Below are positions 8,229-17,054 of a stretch of 27,946 nt of DNA, piece after piece. The first letter of the stretch is position 1. Each line of letters begins with the position of its first letter. The notes below the pieces were generated by a model. The model saw only the letters and a list, made by a program, of their open reading frames with translations, was not told the DNA's origin and ran no database searches. A program made the position numbers and the translations under genes. Source of the DNA: a virus (taxonomy: Duplodnaviria > Caudoviricetes); IMG/VR virus record IMGVR_UViG_3300022751_000037, positions 1-27,946 of that record; one strand, 5' to 3'.

Positions 8229-8653
8229 TTGATTGGCCGTCTTCCGAGCGATGGTACGTGCTGATTGCCACCGAAACCATGCCGCGCGCCGTGTTCGGAG
8301 CAAGTCAGCATTTCCAAATTCGCGATGTCGTTGTTGGCCTTGTTCTCATCACGGTGGTGGATCTCAAACCCTTCCGGGATTGGGCCATTGTGCTTTTCCC
8401 AGACGTCGCGGTGCAGGTAGCTGCGGCGGCCCTTGGTTTCGGCAAAGTAGCCATGCTCACGGAGCGAGTACTTCACGCCGTCGACCATCAAAGCCGGGGC
8501 CGGAACAGCGGCCCGCATCTGCACCGCGCGCCGCTGCAGTATCTTCCACATGGATTGACGGCTCATGTTGTGCGCGTCGGCCACTTCCTCAATCGAAGCG
8601 CCCGAGTTGTACATCGACACCGCCGCTTCAAAGTTTTTCCGAACAGCCGGCAT
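8225..8653 (-). CDS. HNH homing endonuclease with N-terminal HTH (142 aa)
   Basis: YLHRDVWE..GPIPEGFEIHHRDENKANNDIANL; HTH-like SIEEVADAHNMSRQSMWKIL; RBS GAGGGAG. Confidence 0.88.
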   Translation of the reverse strand: MPAVRKNFEAAVSMYNSGASIEEVADAHNMSRQSMWKILQRRAVQMRAAVPAPALMVDGVKYSLREHGYFAETKGRRSYLHRDVWEKHNGPIPEGFEIHHRDENKANNDIANLEMLTCSEHGARHGFGGNQHVPSLGRRPIK

Positions 8654-8686
8654 TTCGTTTCTCCCTCTTCGTTACTGACAAGCGCC

Positions 8687-8766
8687 AGCATAAACCAGAC
8701 AGCTACTTTACGCAAGCAAAATATATTCGCAATAAATTGCTTGCGTAACGCAAAAGCGTGTGTAAT
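8687..8766. promoter_or_regulatory. divergent early promoter region with 12-bp inverted repeat
   Basis: TTACGCAAGCAA 8708-8719 / TTGCTTGCGTAA 8737-8748 around an AT-rich 17-bp spacer; leftward TTGCGT-17-TATGCT; rightward promoter less clear (TTGCTT-18-TGTAAT). Confidence 0.7.
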
Positions 8767-8817
8767 CATTCTCCCTGTCGATTCGGACAAAACCTACAAC
8801 CCACAAGGAATAATCTT

Positions 8818-9348
8818 ATGAGCATTGAAAACGCAATCCTGGAACTGGCCGCCGCGATCAACAATCTGGCCAAGGCAAACGCCCCGCAAATCCGCTTCAC
8901 TGAGGTGACCGAGAAAGCTACCGAACGCAAGCATGGCCAGATCGTGCCGGCCGCCGACACGATCGAGGCGGACGTCACCAAGGTGGAAACCGACGCCAAG
9001 GCCGAGCAGAAAAAGGTCATGGCCCAGGTCGAAGCCGACCGCAAGCCGAGCAGCGCCAAGGCGGCGATCGAGGACGCACTGGCCAAGGCCAAGAAGACCA
9101 AGGAAGCCGAGGCCGCCGCAGTGGTCGAGGAAGACGACCCACTGGCCGACTCCACCCCGCTCGACTACGAGAAGGACGTCAAGCCTAAGCTGGTCCAGGT
9201 GGGCAAGAACAAGCAGGAAATGGTCGACCTGCTGGCCTCGTTCGGCGTCGGCAAGGAACTGGAATACGCCAAGGCCGACCAGCTGCCGGCGGACAAGTTC
9301 GGCGCCGTCGTCGCCGCCTGCGACAAGATCCTGGCCGCGCGGGGCTGA
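8818..9348 (+). CDS. Ala/Lys/Glu-rich phage protein preceding DUF2800 (176 aa)
   Basis: AAGGA RBS; MSIENAILELAAAI N-terminus; strong codon bias; typical position in this replication module. Confidence 0.8.
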   Translation: MSIENAILELAAAINNLAKANAPQIRFTEVTEKATERKHGQIVPAADTIEADVTKVETDAKAEQKKVMAQVEADRKPSSAKAAIEDALAKAKKTKEAEAAAVVEEDDPLADSTPLDYEKDVKPKLVQVGKNKQEMVDLLASFGVGKELEYAKADQLPADKFGAVVAACDKILAARG

Positions 9349-9350
9349 TC

Positions 9351-9518
9351 GTGACCGGCGCACAGATTGGCGTCGTCGTACTGCTGAGCCTGTCGGTCGG
9401 CATCAGCATGGCGCAACACGGCAAGCCGAAGACCGGTAAAGAGAGCGTCTGGACTTCGCTCATCGCCGCCGCGATTTGGATCGGGCTTTTGAACTGGGGA
9501 GGATTCTTCAATGGGTAG
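9351..9518 (+). CDS. small two-TM membrane protein (55 aa), missing from the ORF track
   Basis: GTG start; [55 protein letters not shown]; fills the gap between neighbours. Confidence 0.7.
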   Translation: MTGAQIGVVVLLSLSVGISMAQHGKPKTGKESVWTSLIAAAIWIGLLNWGGFFNG

Positions 9519-11091
9519 CCACGCCAAACTCTCCCCGAGCGGCGCAAAGCGGTGGATGGCTTGCGCCGGCTCGCTGGCCATGGAGGCCGGCATCCCCGAC
9601 AAGGGCAGCGAGTTTGCCGACGAGGGCACCGCCGCGCACTTCCTGGCGTCGGAGTGCCTGGAGGGTGAGCACGATGCGAAGTTCTTCCACGGCACCCGCG
9701 TGTTCGTCGGCTACGACCGCACATGCTGGGAGATCGATCTGACCGGTGACGATGACCGCGACGCGGGGCGCTTCTTTTCGGCCGACGCCGACATGTGCCG
9801 CGAAGTGCAGAAGTACCTGGACTTCGTTCGCGAGGAAGTGCAAGACGGCGATCTGCACATCGAGCAGCGCCTAGCCATCTTCGGCGGCGCCATCCCGGAC
9901 CAGTTCGGCACCTCGGACGTGGTCATCGCCGGCGACAAGATGATCCAGATCATCGACCTCAAGTACGGCCGGGGCGTGCAGGTGTTCGCCGAAGAAAACG
10001 AGCAGTTGATGCTCTACGCCCTCGGCGCGCTGGACGAGTTCGACTTGCTCGGCACGGTTGAGACGGTGCGCATGACCGTGCACCAGCCGCGCCTCAACCA
10101 CTTCGACACGTGGTCGTGCACCGTCGAGCACCTGCGGGCGTTCGAGCAGCGGGCGATTGCCGCCGGCAAGCTGGCACTGGAGATCGCCGAGTCGGGCGCG
10201 CTGCCGGCCGAGCACACGCAGACCTATCTGGCCCCCGGCCCCGACCAGTGCCGATTCTGCAAGGCGAAGAAACCCCCCGGCATGGACGGCGGATGCCCGG
10301 CTGTAATGGAGCACGTCCTGCGACTGGTCGCCGGTGATTTCGAGGTGATCGTCGATGAAGTAGTCGGCGAGGAAGGTCGCACCGTGGAAGTCGTCACTCC
10401 GGTGATCGACAACCTCATCGCACTGGGCAAAGGCGAGATCGCGGTGTCTATCATCGACGCTGAGAAGATCATCGCGGCGGCGCACGGTGTGGCACCGGGC
10501 AAGGTGGACTTCCAGGAAGCGGAGCCGGGCAGCGAGAGTGACCCGAACTACTCTTTCCCGGCGCAGTTCATCGTCAAAAAGCCCACCCTGCGCCCGGCCC
10601 TGGAGAATCCCGAGGCGCGGCTGACCAGCGCCAGCGACGAACAGCTGGGTCTCTTGGGCGAGGCCATCGACCTGGTCGAAGGCTGGGCCAAGGCGGTGCG
10701 CGCTGAGCTGGAGCGGCGCATGCTGGCCGGCGGCGAGGTGCCCGGCTTCAAGCTGGTCAAGGGCCGCGAGGGTATCCGGAAGTTCTCGGATGCCGCCGAG
10801 GCAGAGAAGATGATGAAGTCGATGCGCCTGAAGCAAGACGTGATGTACGACTGGACGCTGATCAGCCCGACCACGGCCGAGAAGCTGTACGCCGACGGCA
10901 TCATCGGCAAGAAGCAATGGCCGAAGTTGCAGGCGCTCATCACCCGCAGCGAAGCCGGCCTGTCCGTGGCGCCAGCGGCCGACAAACGACCAGCGGTGGC
11001 GATCACCCCGGTGGCCGACGATTTTGACTCGATCATGGATGAAGTGGTCGAAAGTGTTGCAAACGATTCCGACTTGTCGGACCTGATCTAA
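9511..11091 (+). CDS. DUF2800 family PD-(D/E)XK Cas4-like exonuclease (526 aa)
   Basis: [49 protein letters not shown]...C, GFKLVKGR. Confidence 0.9.
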   Translation: MGSHAKLSPSGAKRWMACAGSLAMEAGIPDKGSEFADEGTAAHFLASECLEGEHDAKFFHGTRVFVGYDRTCWEIDLTGDDDRDAGRFFSADADMCREVQKYLDFVREEVQDGDLHIEQRLAIFGGAIPDQFGTSDVVIAGDKMIQIIDLKYGRGVQVFAEENEQLMLYALGALDEFDLLGTVETVRMTVHQPRLNHFDTWSCTVEHLRAFEQRAIAAGKLALEIAESGALPAEHTQTYLAPGPDQCRFCKAKKPPGMDGGCPAVMEHVLRLVAGDFEVIVDEVVGEEGRTVEVVTPVIDNLIALGKGEIAVSIIDAEKIIAAAHGVAPGKVDFQEAEPGSESDPNYSFPAQFIVKKPTLRPALENPEARLTSASDEQLGLLGEAIDLVEGWAKAVRAELERRMLAGGEVPGFKLVKGREGIRKFSDAAEAEKMMKSMRLKQDVMYDWTLISPTTAEKLYADGIIGKKQWPKLQALITRSEAGLSVAPAADKRPAVAITPVADDFDSIMDEVVESVANDSDLSDLI

Positions 11092-11113
11092 ACTTAATAG
11101 GAAGAAATACACC

Positions 11114-11767
11114 ATGTCTATCGTAAAACTGCCAAACGTCCGCCTGTTCTTCAACGACCTGTTCGAACCACAGACCTTCAAAAACAGCACCAGCTTCTCG
11201 GCCACGTTCGGCATCGAGCCGGGCAGCAAGCTCGACAAGGAAATCGAAGCGGCGATGAAGGAAGTGGCCGAGATCAAATACGGCAAGCGTGCCACGGCTA
11301 AGATGGCCGCCATGCGCCCAGTGCCGCAGCAGTTCCCCTACAGCGACGGCAACACCAAGACGTGGGCCGGTGCCGAGGGCATGATGGTTCTGAAAGGGAC
11401 CATGACCGAAAAGTCCGGCAAGCCGCTGGTGCTGTCGAACGTGCGCTATTCGGGCGACCAGCTGCCCGAATTCGTCGGCAAGTTCATCATCATCGGCGAC
11501 GAGAAAGGCACGCCGTACGGCCGCGACAGCGAGCAGCGGCTCGTGCGCCTGACCGACGTCGCCGACGAGATTACCGTGCCGTACAGCGGCTGCTATGTCA
11601 ACGGCTCGGTCGAGTTCTGGGCGCAGGACGGCGACAATTCGGGCATGCGCTGCAAGCTGCGCGCGGTCCAGTTCCTGAAAGACGGCGACGCCTTTGTAGG
11701 CGGTGCCAGAGTATCGAACGATGAGTTCGACGCCCTGGACGGCGCCGACGCCGACAGCATGATCTAA
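11114..11767 (+). CDS. DUF2815 family ssDNA-binding protein (217 aa)
   Basis: NVRLFF, YSGCYVN, LRAVQFLKDGDAF, acidic tail; follows DUF2800. Confidence 0.88.
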   Translation: MSIVKLPNVRLFFNDLFEPQTFKNSTSFSATFGIEPGSKLDKEIEAAMKEVAEIKYGKRATAKMAAMRPVPQQFPYSDGNTKTWAGAEGMMVLKGTMTEKSGKPLVLSNVRYSGDQLPEFVGKFIIIGDEKGTPYGRDSEQRLVRLTDVADEITVPYSGCYVNGSVEFWAQDGDNSGMRCKLRAVQFLKDGDAFVGGARVSNDEFDALDGADADSMI

Positions 11768-11774
11768 ACCCACC

Positions 11775-11797
11775 GCCCGGCTCGCGCCGGGCATTTT
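11775..11797 (+). terminator. possible intrinsic terminator
   Basis: GCCCGGC-TCGC-GCCGGGC followed by ATTTT, just after the SSB gene. Confidence 0.55.
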
Positions 11798-11809
11798 CTG
11801 GAGAACGAT

Positions 11810-12034
11810 ATGAAAACCACAGATTGGTTCCCCGCCGGCACCAAGCCAGTGCATGTCGGGGTCTACGAGTGCGTGACAGATGACCCGGACGACGGCCAGA
11901 CTTTCCAGCACTGGGACGGCATGTGCTGGGGCTACTGCAGCTACACCGTTGACGCGGCGATGACAGCCACCGGAGGCGGTCTGTCGATCGAACAGGCCCC
12001 CGTTTGGCGCGGCCTCACGGCGCCGACAAAGTGA
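11810..12034 (+). CDS. hypothetical protein (74 aa)
   Basis: GGAG RBS; TDWFPAGTKPVHVGVYE..WDG..W..WRGL. Confidence 0.75.
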   Translation: MKTTDWFPAGTKPVHVGVYECVTDDPDDGQTFQHWDGMCWGYCSYTVDAAMTATGGGLSIEQAPVWRGLTAPTK

Positions 12035-12342
12035 CCACCTACTCGATCCGCTGCCGCAACGGCCAATGCCGGCACCGCCGCGTGTCGCGCATCCACCCCG
12101 ACGACTACAAGGTGATCCCGGCGTGCGAGGTGTGCGGCCAGCGCAAGGGCTGGCGGATCGAGCAGCGGGCCTACAACAAGCGCGGGCTGTGCCACTGCAA
12201 CGGGCCTGACCAGTGCGAAGGCAAACACTTTCCCCATCGGGTGACGCATCCATATTGCGATCAGCACCCGCAGGGCTTTTACAACCAGGCGCGCGCCCGT
12301 GGCGTTGCGCATGAGGACATACCGGAGGAATTTTGGCCGTGA
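12031..12342 (+). CDS. Cys/His-rich putative Zn-binding protein (103 aa)
   Basis: GTG overlapping the upstream stop; CRNGQC, CEVC, CHC, HR..HPYC. Confidence 0.7.
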   Translation: MTTYSIRCRNGQCRHRRVSRIHPDDYKVIPACEVCGQRKGWRIEQRAYNKRGLCHCNGPDQCEGKHFPHRVTHPYCDQHPQGFYNQARARGVAHEDIPEEFWP

Positions 12343-12698
12343 CTCAACGCCCGCTACCTCTGCCCGAAGGCTTCCACGTCGGTCCGCTGTTCGTGCCGCG
12401 CAAGAAACGCAGCCCTAAGCCGCGCATGCAAAGCACCCACCGCGACAGGGTAGTGCGCCAGCGAACCCCGGAATGGGCTAGCCGTCTGAAGATCGCTTGC
12501 TTCTACATTCAGGCGGTGGCAGCAACGCGACAGACCGGCGTGCGCCATAGCGTCGATCATGTGGTGCCGCTGAATCATCCGCTGGTCAGCGGCTTGCACG
12601 TCGAGCACAATCTGCGGGTGCTGCCGCTCGCGGAGAATATCCAGAAGTCTAACTCGCACTGGCCTGATATGTGGGGAGAACAAATTGAGCTATTTTGA
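12339..12698 (+). CDS. HNH-like endonuclease (119 aa)
   Basis: TPEWA, VDHVVPL..VSGLHVEHNL..EN..KSN; GGAGG upstream of GTG. Confidence 0.8.
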   Translation: MTQRPLPLPEGFHVGPLFVPRKKRSPKPRMQSTHRDRVVRQRTPEWASRLKIACFYIQAVAATRQTGVRHSVDHVVPLNHPLVSGLHVEHNLRVLPLAENIQKSNSHWPDMWGEQIELF

Positions 12699-13110
12699 CG
12701 ACCACGAGGACAAGCACATCGGCACCAGCCGGCGCCGGTTCTTCGGCAACCGCAGCCCGAAGAAGCAGGCCGAGGTGCGCAGCGCGGAGCGTCGCGCGCT
12801 ACACGTGCCGCCCGAAGCCTACCTCGACCGCAAGGCGCTCAAGGCGCCGCCGGGTAGCCCACTGGCCCGCGCCCGGATCGATGCCCACGGCGCGTTTGAT
12901 CCGCTGTGGAAGTCTGGCACCCTGTCGCGCCGCTCGGCCTACGACTGGCTAGCGATCCAGTTGCACCTGCCGGTGTCCGCCTGCCACATGGTGCTGTTCG
13001 ACGTGGCCATGTGCCAGCGCGTGGTGGCCGTCTGCGCCGCCAGCGACGTGTGCCACGCTGCCGTTGCGAAGTGCAGCCCGATTAACGATTTTGAGGATTT
13101 GACGAAATGA
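12685..13110 (+). CDS. DUF3268-like protein (141 aa)
   Basis: AHGAFDPLWK..RRSAYDWLA..L...CHM..FD..MC; TTG start with GGAG. Confidence 0.7.
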   Translation: MSYFDDHEDKHIGTSRRRFFGNRSPKKQAEVRSAERRALHVPPEAYLDRKALKAPPGSPLARARIDAHGAFDPLWKSGTLSRRSAYDWLAIQLHLPVSACHMVLFDVAMCQRVVAVCAASDVCHAAVAKCSPINDFEDLTK

Positions 13111-15380
13111 CCGACGATATCGCAATGCCCCGCCAGCGCCTGGCGTTCATGGACTTGGAGACGTGGAGCGACGTCCCGATCCGCCACGGCGCGTGGGCCT
13201 ACGCCGAGGGCGCCGAGGTGATGCTGTGGGCCTATGCGCTCAACGATGGCCCCGTGGCCGTGTGGGACTTGACCAGCGGCGAGCCGATGCCGGCGGCGCT
13301 GGCGGCGATCCTTGTCGACGACGATATCACCACCGTCTGGCACAACGGCAGCATGTTCGACACCACGGTGCTGAAGGTGGCGCTGGGCATCGACATACCG
13401 CTGCCCCGGCTGCACGACACTATGGTGCAGGCGCTGCAGCACAGCCTGCCCGGCTCTCTGGGCGCGCTCTGCGAAGTGCTGGGCGTGCCGAGCGACAAGG
13501 CCAAGGACAAGGCCGGCAAGGATTTGATTCGCCTGTTTTGCATCCCGCCGGCCGGCAACCTCAAGCGCGGGCGCGCCACCGCCGCCACGCACCCGACCGA
13601 GTGGGCGCGCTTCAAGGATTACGCTTCGCTCGATATCGTCGCCATGCGCGAGTGCTACAAGCGCATGCCGAAATGGAATTGCACCCTGGTCGGCGAGCGC
13701 GCGGTGTTTCACGTTGACCAGACCATCAACCGGCGCGGCATGTGCATGGACATCGATCTGGCGCGCGCGGCTGTCGCGGCGGTGGACGTCGCCCAGGTGG
13801 CGCTGCGCGAGCAGACGTTCGATATGACGTCCGGCGAGGTGGAGAGCGCGACCAAGCGCGACGCCATGATGCTGCATATTCTGACCGAGTACGGCGTCGA
13901 TCTGCCCGACATGCAGAAGTCTACCCTGGAGCGGCGCATCGCCGACCCCGAGCTGCCCGAGGGCTTGCGCGAACTGCTGCGCATCCGATTGCAGGCGACC
14001 ACCACCAGCACCAGCAAGTACACGGCGCTGATGAACTGCGTGAGCAGCGACGGCCGGCTGCGGGGCACGAAGCAATACTGCGGCGCCGCGCGCACCGGCC
14101 GGTGGGCTGGCCGGCTATTCCAGCCGGATAATCTACCTCGGCCAACCATGAAGAACCCGGACATTGAACTGGGCATCGAGGCCCTGAAAGCCGGCATCGC
14201 CGATCTGCTGTACGACAACGTGATGCAGTTGACGAGCAACGCGATTCGCGGCTGCATCACCGCCCCGCCTGGCAAGAAGCTGGTGGTGGCCGACTTGTCC
14301 AACATCGAAGGCCGGGTGCTGGCGTGGCTGGCCGGGGAAACGTGGAAGCTCAAGGCGTTCCGCGACTACGACGCCGGCACCGGACTGGACCTGTACATTT
14401 TGTCCTACGCCAAGTCGTTCGGGGTCGATCCGAAAACTGTTACTAAAAATGATAGACAAAAAGGCAAGGTTCAAGAACTCGCTCTAGGATACGAGGGCGG
14501 GGTGGGCGCCTTCGTCACCTTCGCCGCCGGCTACGGCATCGATCTGGAAGAACTGGCCAACAGCGCGCAAAGCTCAATCCCCGGCAACGTGTGGGGGCAG
14601 GCCAACATCATGCTTGCTTGGCACCGCCAGCAGGGCCGCGAGCCGGCCGAGGGACTGGGCTTGTCCGATCGCGCGTGGCTGGTGTGCGAGTCCTTGAAGC
14701 TCGGCTGGCGCGACGCCCACGCCAACGTGGTGCAGCTGTGGCGCGACGTCGACGCGGCGGTGCGCGAGGCCATCAGCACGCCGGGCACCACAGTGCAGGT
14801 GCGCATGCTCAAGATCCGCCGCGATGGCGCCTGGTTGCGTATCGTGCTGCCCTCGGGCCGCGCACTCTGCTACCCGGCGCCGAAGCTGGAAGCCGAGAAG
14901 AAAAAGCGCAACTTCGAAGTCGATTCCGCCGGCGAGTGCGCAGTGTGCGGCGGCACGCACACGGTGCTGGTCGGCGGCTGGCAAGGCGAGGAACCGCCGG
15001 GCGTGGCGCATCTCGAAGCGTGCACCGCATGCCAAGGGCAGGTGCCGACGCGCGAAGGTGGACGGACGAAGATAACATATGCGGGCGTGAATCAGTACAG
15101 TCGGAAGTGGGGCCGGATCGATACATATTCCGGAAAAATTGTCGAAAATATAACGCAAGCAGTTGCGCGTGACGTGATGGCGTCCAGCATGGTGGCGATC
15201 GAAAAGGCTGGCTACGCCATCGTGCTGACCATTCACGACGAGATTCTGGCGGAGGCGCCCGACGAGCCGCAGTACAACGCGGAGCACCTGGCCGAACTGA
15301 TGGCCGAGGCGCCGGACTGGGCGGACGGATTGCCACTGGCGGCGGCGGGGTTCGAGGCGTATCGATACCGGAAAGACTGA
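13107..15380 (+). CDS. family A DNA polymerase with 3'-5' exonuclease (757 aa)
   Basis: ExoI DLET, HNGSMFD, YASLD; TGRWAG; motif A DLSNIEGR; motif B RQKGKVQELALGY; motif C IHDE. Confidence 0.95.
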   Translation: MTDDIAMPRQRLAFMDLETWSDVPIRHGAWAYAEGAEVMLWAYALNDGPVAVWDLTSGEPMPAALAAILVDDDITTVWHNGSMFDTTVLKVALGIDIPLPRLHDTMVQALQHSLPGSLGALCEVLGVPSDKAKDKAGKDLIRLFCIPPAGNLKRGRATAATHPTEWARFKDYASLDIVAMRECYKRMPKWNCTLVGERAVFHVDQTINRRGMCMDIDLARAAVAAVDVAQVALREQTFDMTSGEVESATKRDAMMLHILTEYGVDLPDMQKSTLERRIADPELPEGLRELLRIRLQATTTSTSKYTALMNCVSSDGRLRGTKQYCGAARTGRWAGRLFQPDNLPRPTMKNPDIELGIEALKAGIADLLYDNVMQLTSNAIRGCITAPPGKKLVVADLSNIEGRVLAWLAGETWKLKAFRDYDAGTGLDLYILSYAKSFGVDPKTVTKNDRQKGKVQELALGYEGGVGAFVTFAAGYGIDLEELANSAQSSIPGNVWGQANIMLAWHRQQGREPAEGLGLSDRAWLVCESLKLGWRDAHANVVQLWRDVDAAVREAISTPGTTVQVRMLKIRRDGAWLRIVLPSGRALCYPAPKLEAEKKKRNFEVDSAGECAVCGGTHTVLVGGWQGEEPPGVAHLEACTACQGQVPTREGGRTKITYAGVNQYSRKWGRIDTYSGKIVENITQAVARDVMASSMVAIEKAGYAIVLTIHDEILAEAPDEPQYNAEHLAELMAEAPDWADGLPLAAAGFEAYRYRKD

Positions 15381-15449
15381 TGCGCCCCGGCGGCGCCGGA
15401 CATGCCGCTGGCCGCCGCCGGCTTCGAGTCGTACCGCTACAAGAAATAA
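15381..15449 (+). pseudogene. relic duplicate of the polymerase 3' end
   Basis: In frame after the pol stop: CAPAAPDMPLAAAGFESYRYKK*, versus the true end APDWADGLPLAAAGFEAYRYRKD*. Confidence 0.85.
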
Positions 15450-15512
15450 CTTGCACAAGTAAATACTTGCGTGTATAGTTCCTACATCGCAACCCAATCG
15501 GAGAACACCATG
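15450..15512 (+). promoter_or_regulatory. repeated promoter/operator/RBS cassette, copy 1
   Basis: TTGCAC-17-TATAGT with internal palindrome CAAGTA-AA-TACTTG, then GGAG and ATG. Confidence 0.85.
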
Positions 15513-16202
15513 AAAGCTTTCACCTCAATCGTCCAGCAACGCGGCGCCGTACCGTTCGCGGCCCACATCTGCGAACGGGTTTACATGCAGGAGTTCCGCA
15601 AAGGCGCGCCGTTGCCAGCCAACCTGCGCCGCTGGGCACCGACCCTTGACGCAATGCTGGACGGCGTCGACACCGACGGCCCGCTGTATCTGATGATCGA
15701 TCAGGGCGTTGTGCGCGCTGGCACTTCGCACCGCCGGCCGGGCGTCCACATTGACGGATACTGGGTGCCGGCTAAGAGCGCCCATGGCGGCAGCGGCGGT
15801 TCGCACAGCAACACCCCGCCCCCAGCGCCAAATGGTAGTCATCGCGGCAGCGGCTCGCACAGCTACACCCCGCCGGTGGAAGTTCCAGGAAATCACGGCG
15901 GCGGAGGTGGGCGTCACAGCGCTGGCGGCTCTTGGGCTGACGCGGCCTATGAAGAACACGAGGGCATCCTGTTGGCGTCGAGCGTGCAAGCTGCGCGCGC
16001 CTACAGCGGCGTATTCGTCGGCCAGCCAGGCGACGGCGGCGACTGCTCGCACATCGATCTCGCGGGGCTGACCCCGACCGCGATGCTGGCTGGCCAATGC
16101 TACGCGGGCAACGTCACCATGCTCCACGAAAGCTTGCCCGTGGCGTTCGACGTGCTGCGCACCGTCGTGCGTATCAACGCCCCCGGCTGGACCCCGCAGT
16201 AA
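15510..16202 (+). CDS. putative 2OG-Fe(II) dioxygenase-fold protein (230 aa)
   Basis: RRPGVHIDG (HxD), distal LHES, RTVVR; G/S/H/P-rich insert. Confidence 0.6.
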   Translation: MKAFTSIVQQRGAVPFAAHICERVYMQEFRKGAPLPANLRRWAPTLDAMLDGVDTDGPLYLMIDQGVVRAGTSHRRPGVHIDGYWVPAKSAHGGSGGSHSNTPPPAPNGSHRGSGSHSYTPPVEVPGNHGGGGGRHSAGGSWADAAYEEHEGILLASSVQAARAYSGVFVGQPGDGGDCSHIDLAGLTPTAMLAGQCYAGNVTMLHESLPVAFDVLRTVVRINAPGWTPQ

Positions 16203-16234
16203 AACCCCACCGCCACCCTCCCAAGGAACCCATC

Positions 16235-16465
16235 ATGAAAAACGAAAATATGCTGCTCGACCTGGTCGCCGAAATGGTAAACGCCCGGAACGACGCCAAG
16301 CTGTCCCGCGCACTGGGCGTCGCGCCGCCGGTCATCAGCAAGGTGCGCCACGCCCGCCTGCCGGTCGGCGCCGCGCTGGTGATCAAGATCCACGAGGTCA
16401 CCGGCATGGCCATCGCGTTGATCAAGTCGCACATCACCCACGGCCCGCAGCAGGTGGTGAAATGA
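16235..16465 (+). CDS. XRE/Cro-like HTH protein (76 aa)
   Basis: NDAKLSRALGVAPPVISKVRH..LPVGA; AAGGA RBS. Confidence 0.8.
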   Translation: MKNENMLLDLVAEMVNARNDAKLSRALGVAPPVISKVRHARLPVGAALVIKIHEVTGMAIALIKSHITHGPQQVVK

Positions 16466-16689
16466 AACGCCTGTTGGTTCTCTGCGACAATAGCGCCGGC
16501 GCGGCCATGGCCGCGATGCTGAGCGGGAAAGGCTACGAGGTTGTGGTCAGCGCCGAGACCAAGTTGATTCCGGCTATCGACCACAAGGGCCGAACTGTGG
16601 CACGCGTCGAGCGTCTCGATATCAAGACCTGGAACGAACAGGTCGAAGAAAGCAAAGCGGCTAAGCGCCGCGCGAAAGGACCAAAATGA
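16462..16689 (+). CDS. hypothetical protein (75 aa)
   Basis: ATGA-coupled chain of ORFs. Confidence 0.65.
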   Translation: MKRLLVLCDNSAGAAMAAMLSGKGYEVVVSAETKLIPAIDHKGRTVARVERLDIKTWNEQVEESKAAKRRAKGPK

Positions 16690-17054
16690 AAACCGTCCTC
16701 TTACTCGGCGGCCCGGCCGCCGGCCAGCGCGTCGAAGTCCACGGCAACATGTCCAGCGTGCACGCTGGCCCAACCGCACACGAGCACTACAAGCTGGTGC
16801 CGATGTGCTCGCACGGCGAGGTGCACTGGTTCGGCGTGCTCGACGGCGCCGACCCGCTGGCGCTGCTGATCGCGGGGTACATGGCGCCGGGCGCGAATGC
16901 CGCGCTGGTGCAGACCCTGGTGGAACAGGCGGCCTTTGGCGATGGTCCTGCATCCTACCATCTGGCGAGCACCGGCAGCTTCGCATGGTTCGACGAGCCG
17001 GACGCGGTGCAGCAGGCCCGGGCCGCATTGGGCGCACTGGGGTACAAGCCATGA
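16686..17054 (+). CDS. hypothetical protein (122 aa)
   Basis: ATGA-coupled; AAGGA RBS; LLGGPAAG N-terminus. Confidence 0.7.
   Translation: MKTVLLLGGPAAGQRVEVHGNMSSVHAGPTAHEHYKLVPMCSHGEVHWFGVLDGADPLALLIAGYMAPGANAALVQTLVEQAAFGDGPASYHLASTGSFAWFDEPDAVQQARAALGALGYKP

Noticed and set aside
7233-8653. HNH plus MTase as a type II restriction-modification pair
   Set aside because: The HNH looks like a homing-type HTH+HNH protein; an orphan phage MTase is the simpler reading
9511-11091. Cas4-like nuclease as a sign of a CRISPR system
   Set aside because: No repeat-spacer array or other cas genes; DUF2800-DUF2815-PolA is a standard phage replication module
9871-11313. Long antisense ORFs (also 3823-4944, 12939-14075, 14574-15497, 559-1320)
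   Set aside because: Shadow frames expected opposite GC-rich genes; no motifs or RBS, unlike the MTase beta frame
14890-15065. Polymerase insert as a mini-intein
   Set aside because: Too short and no C/S...HN-C/S/T splice junctions
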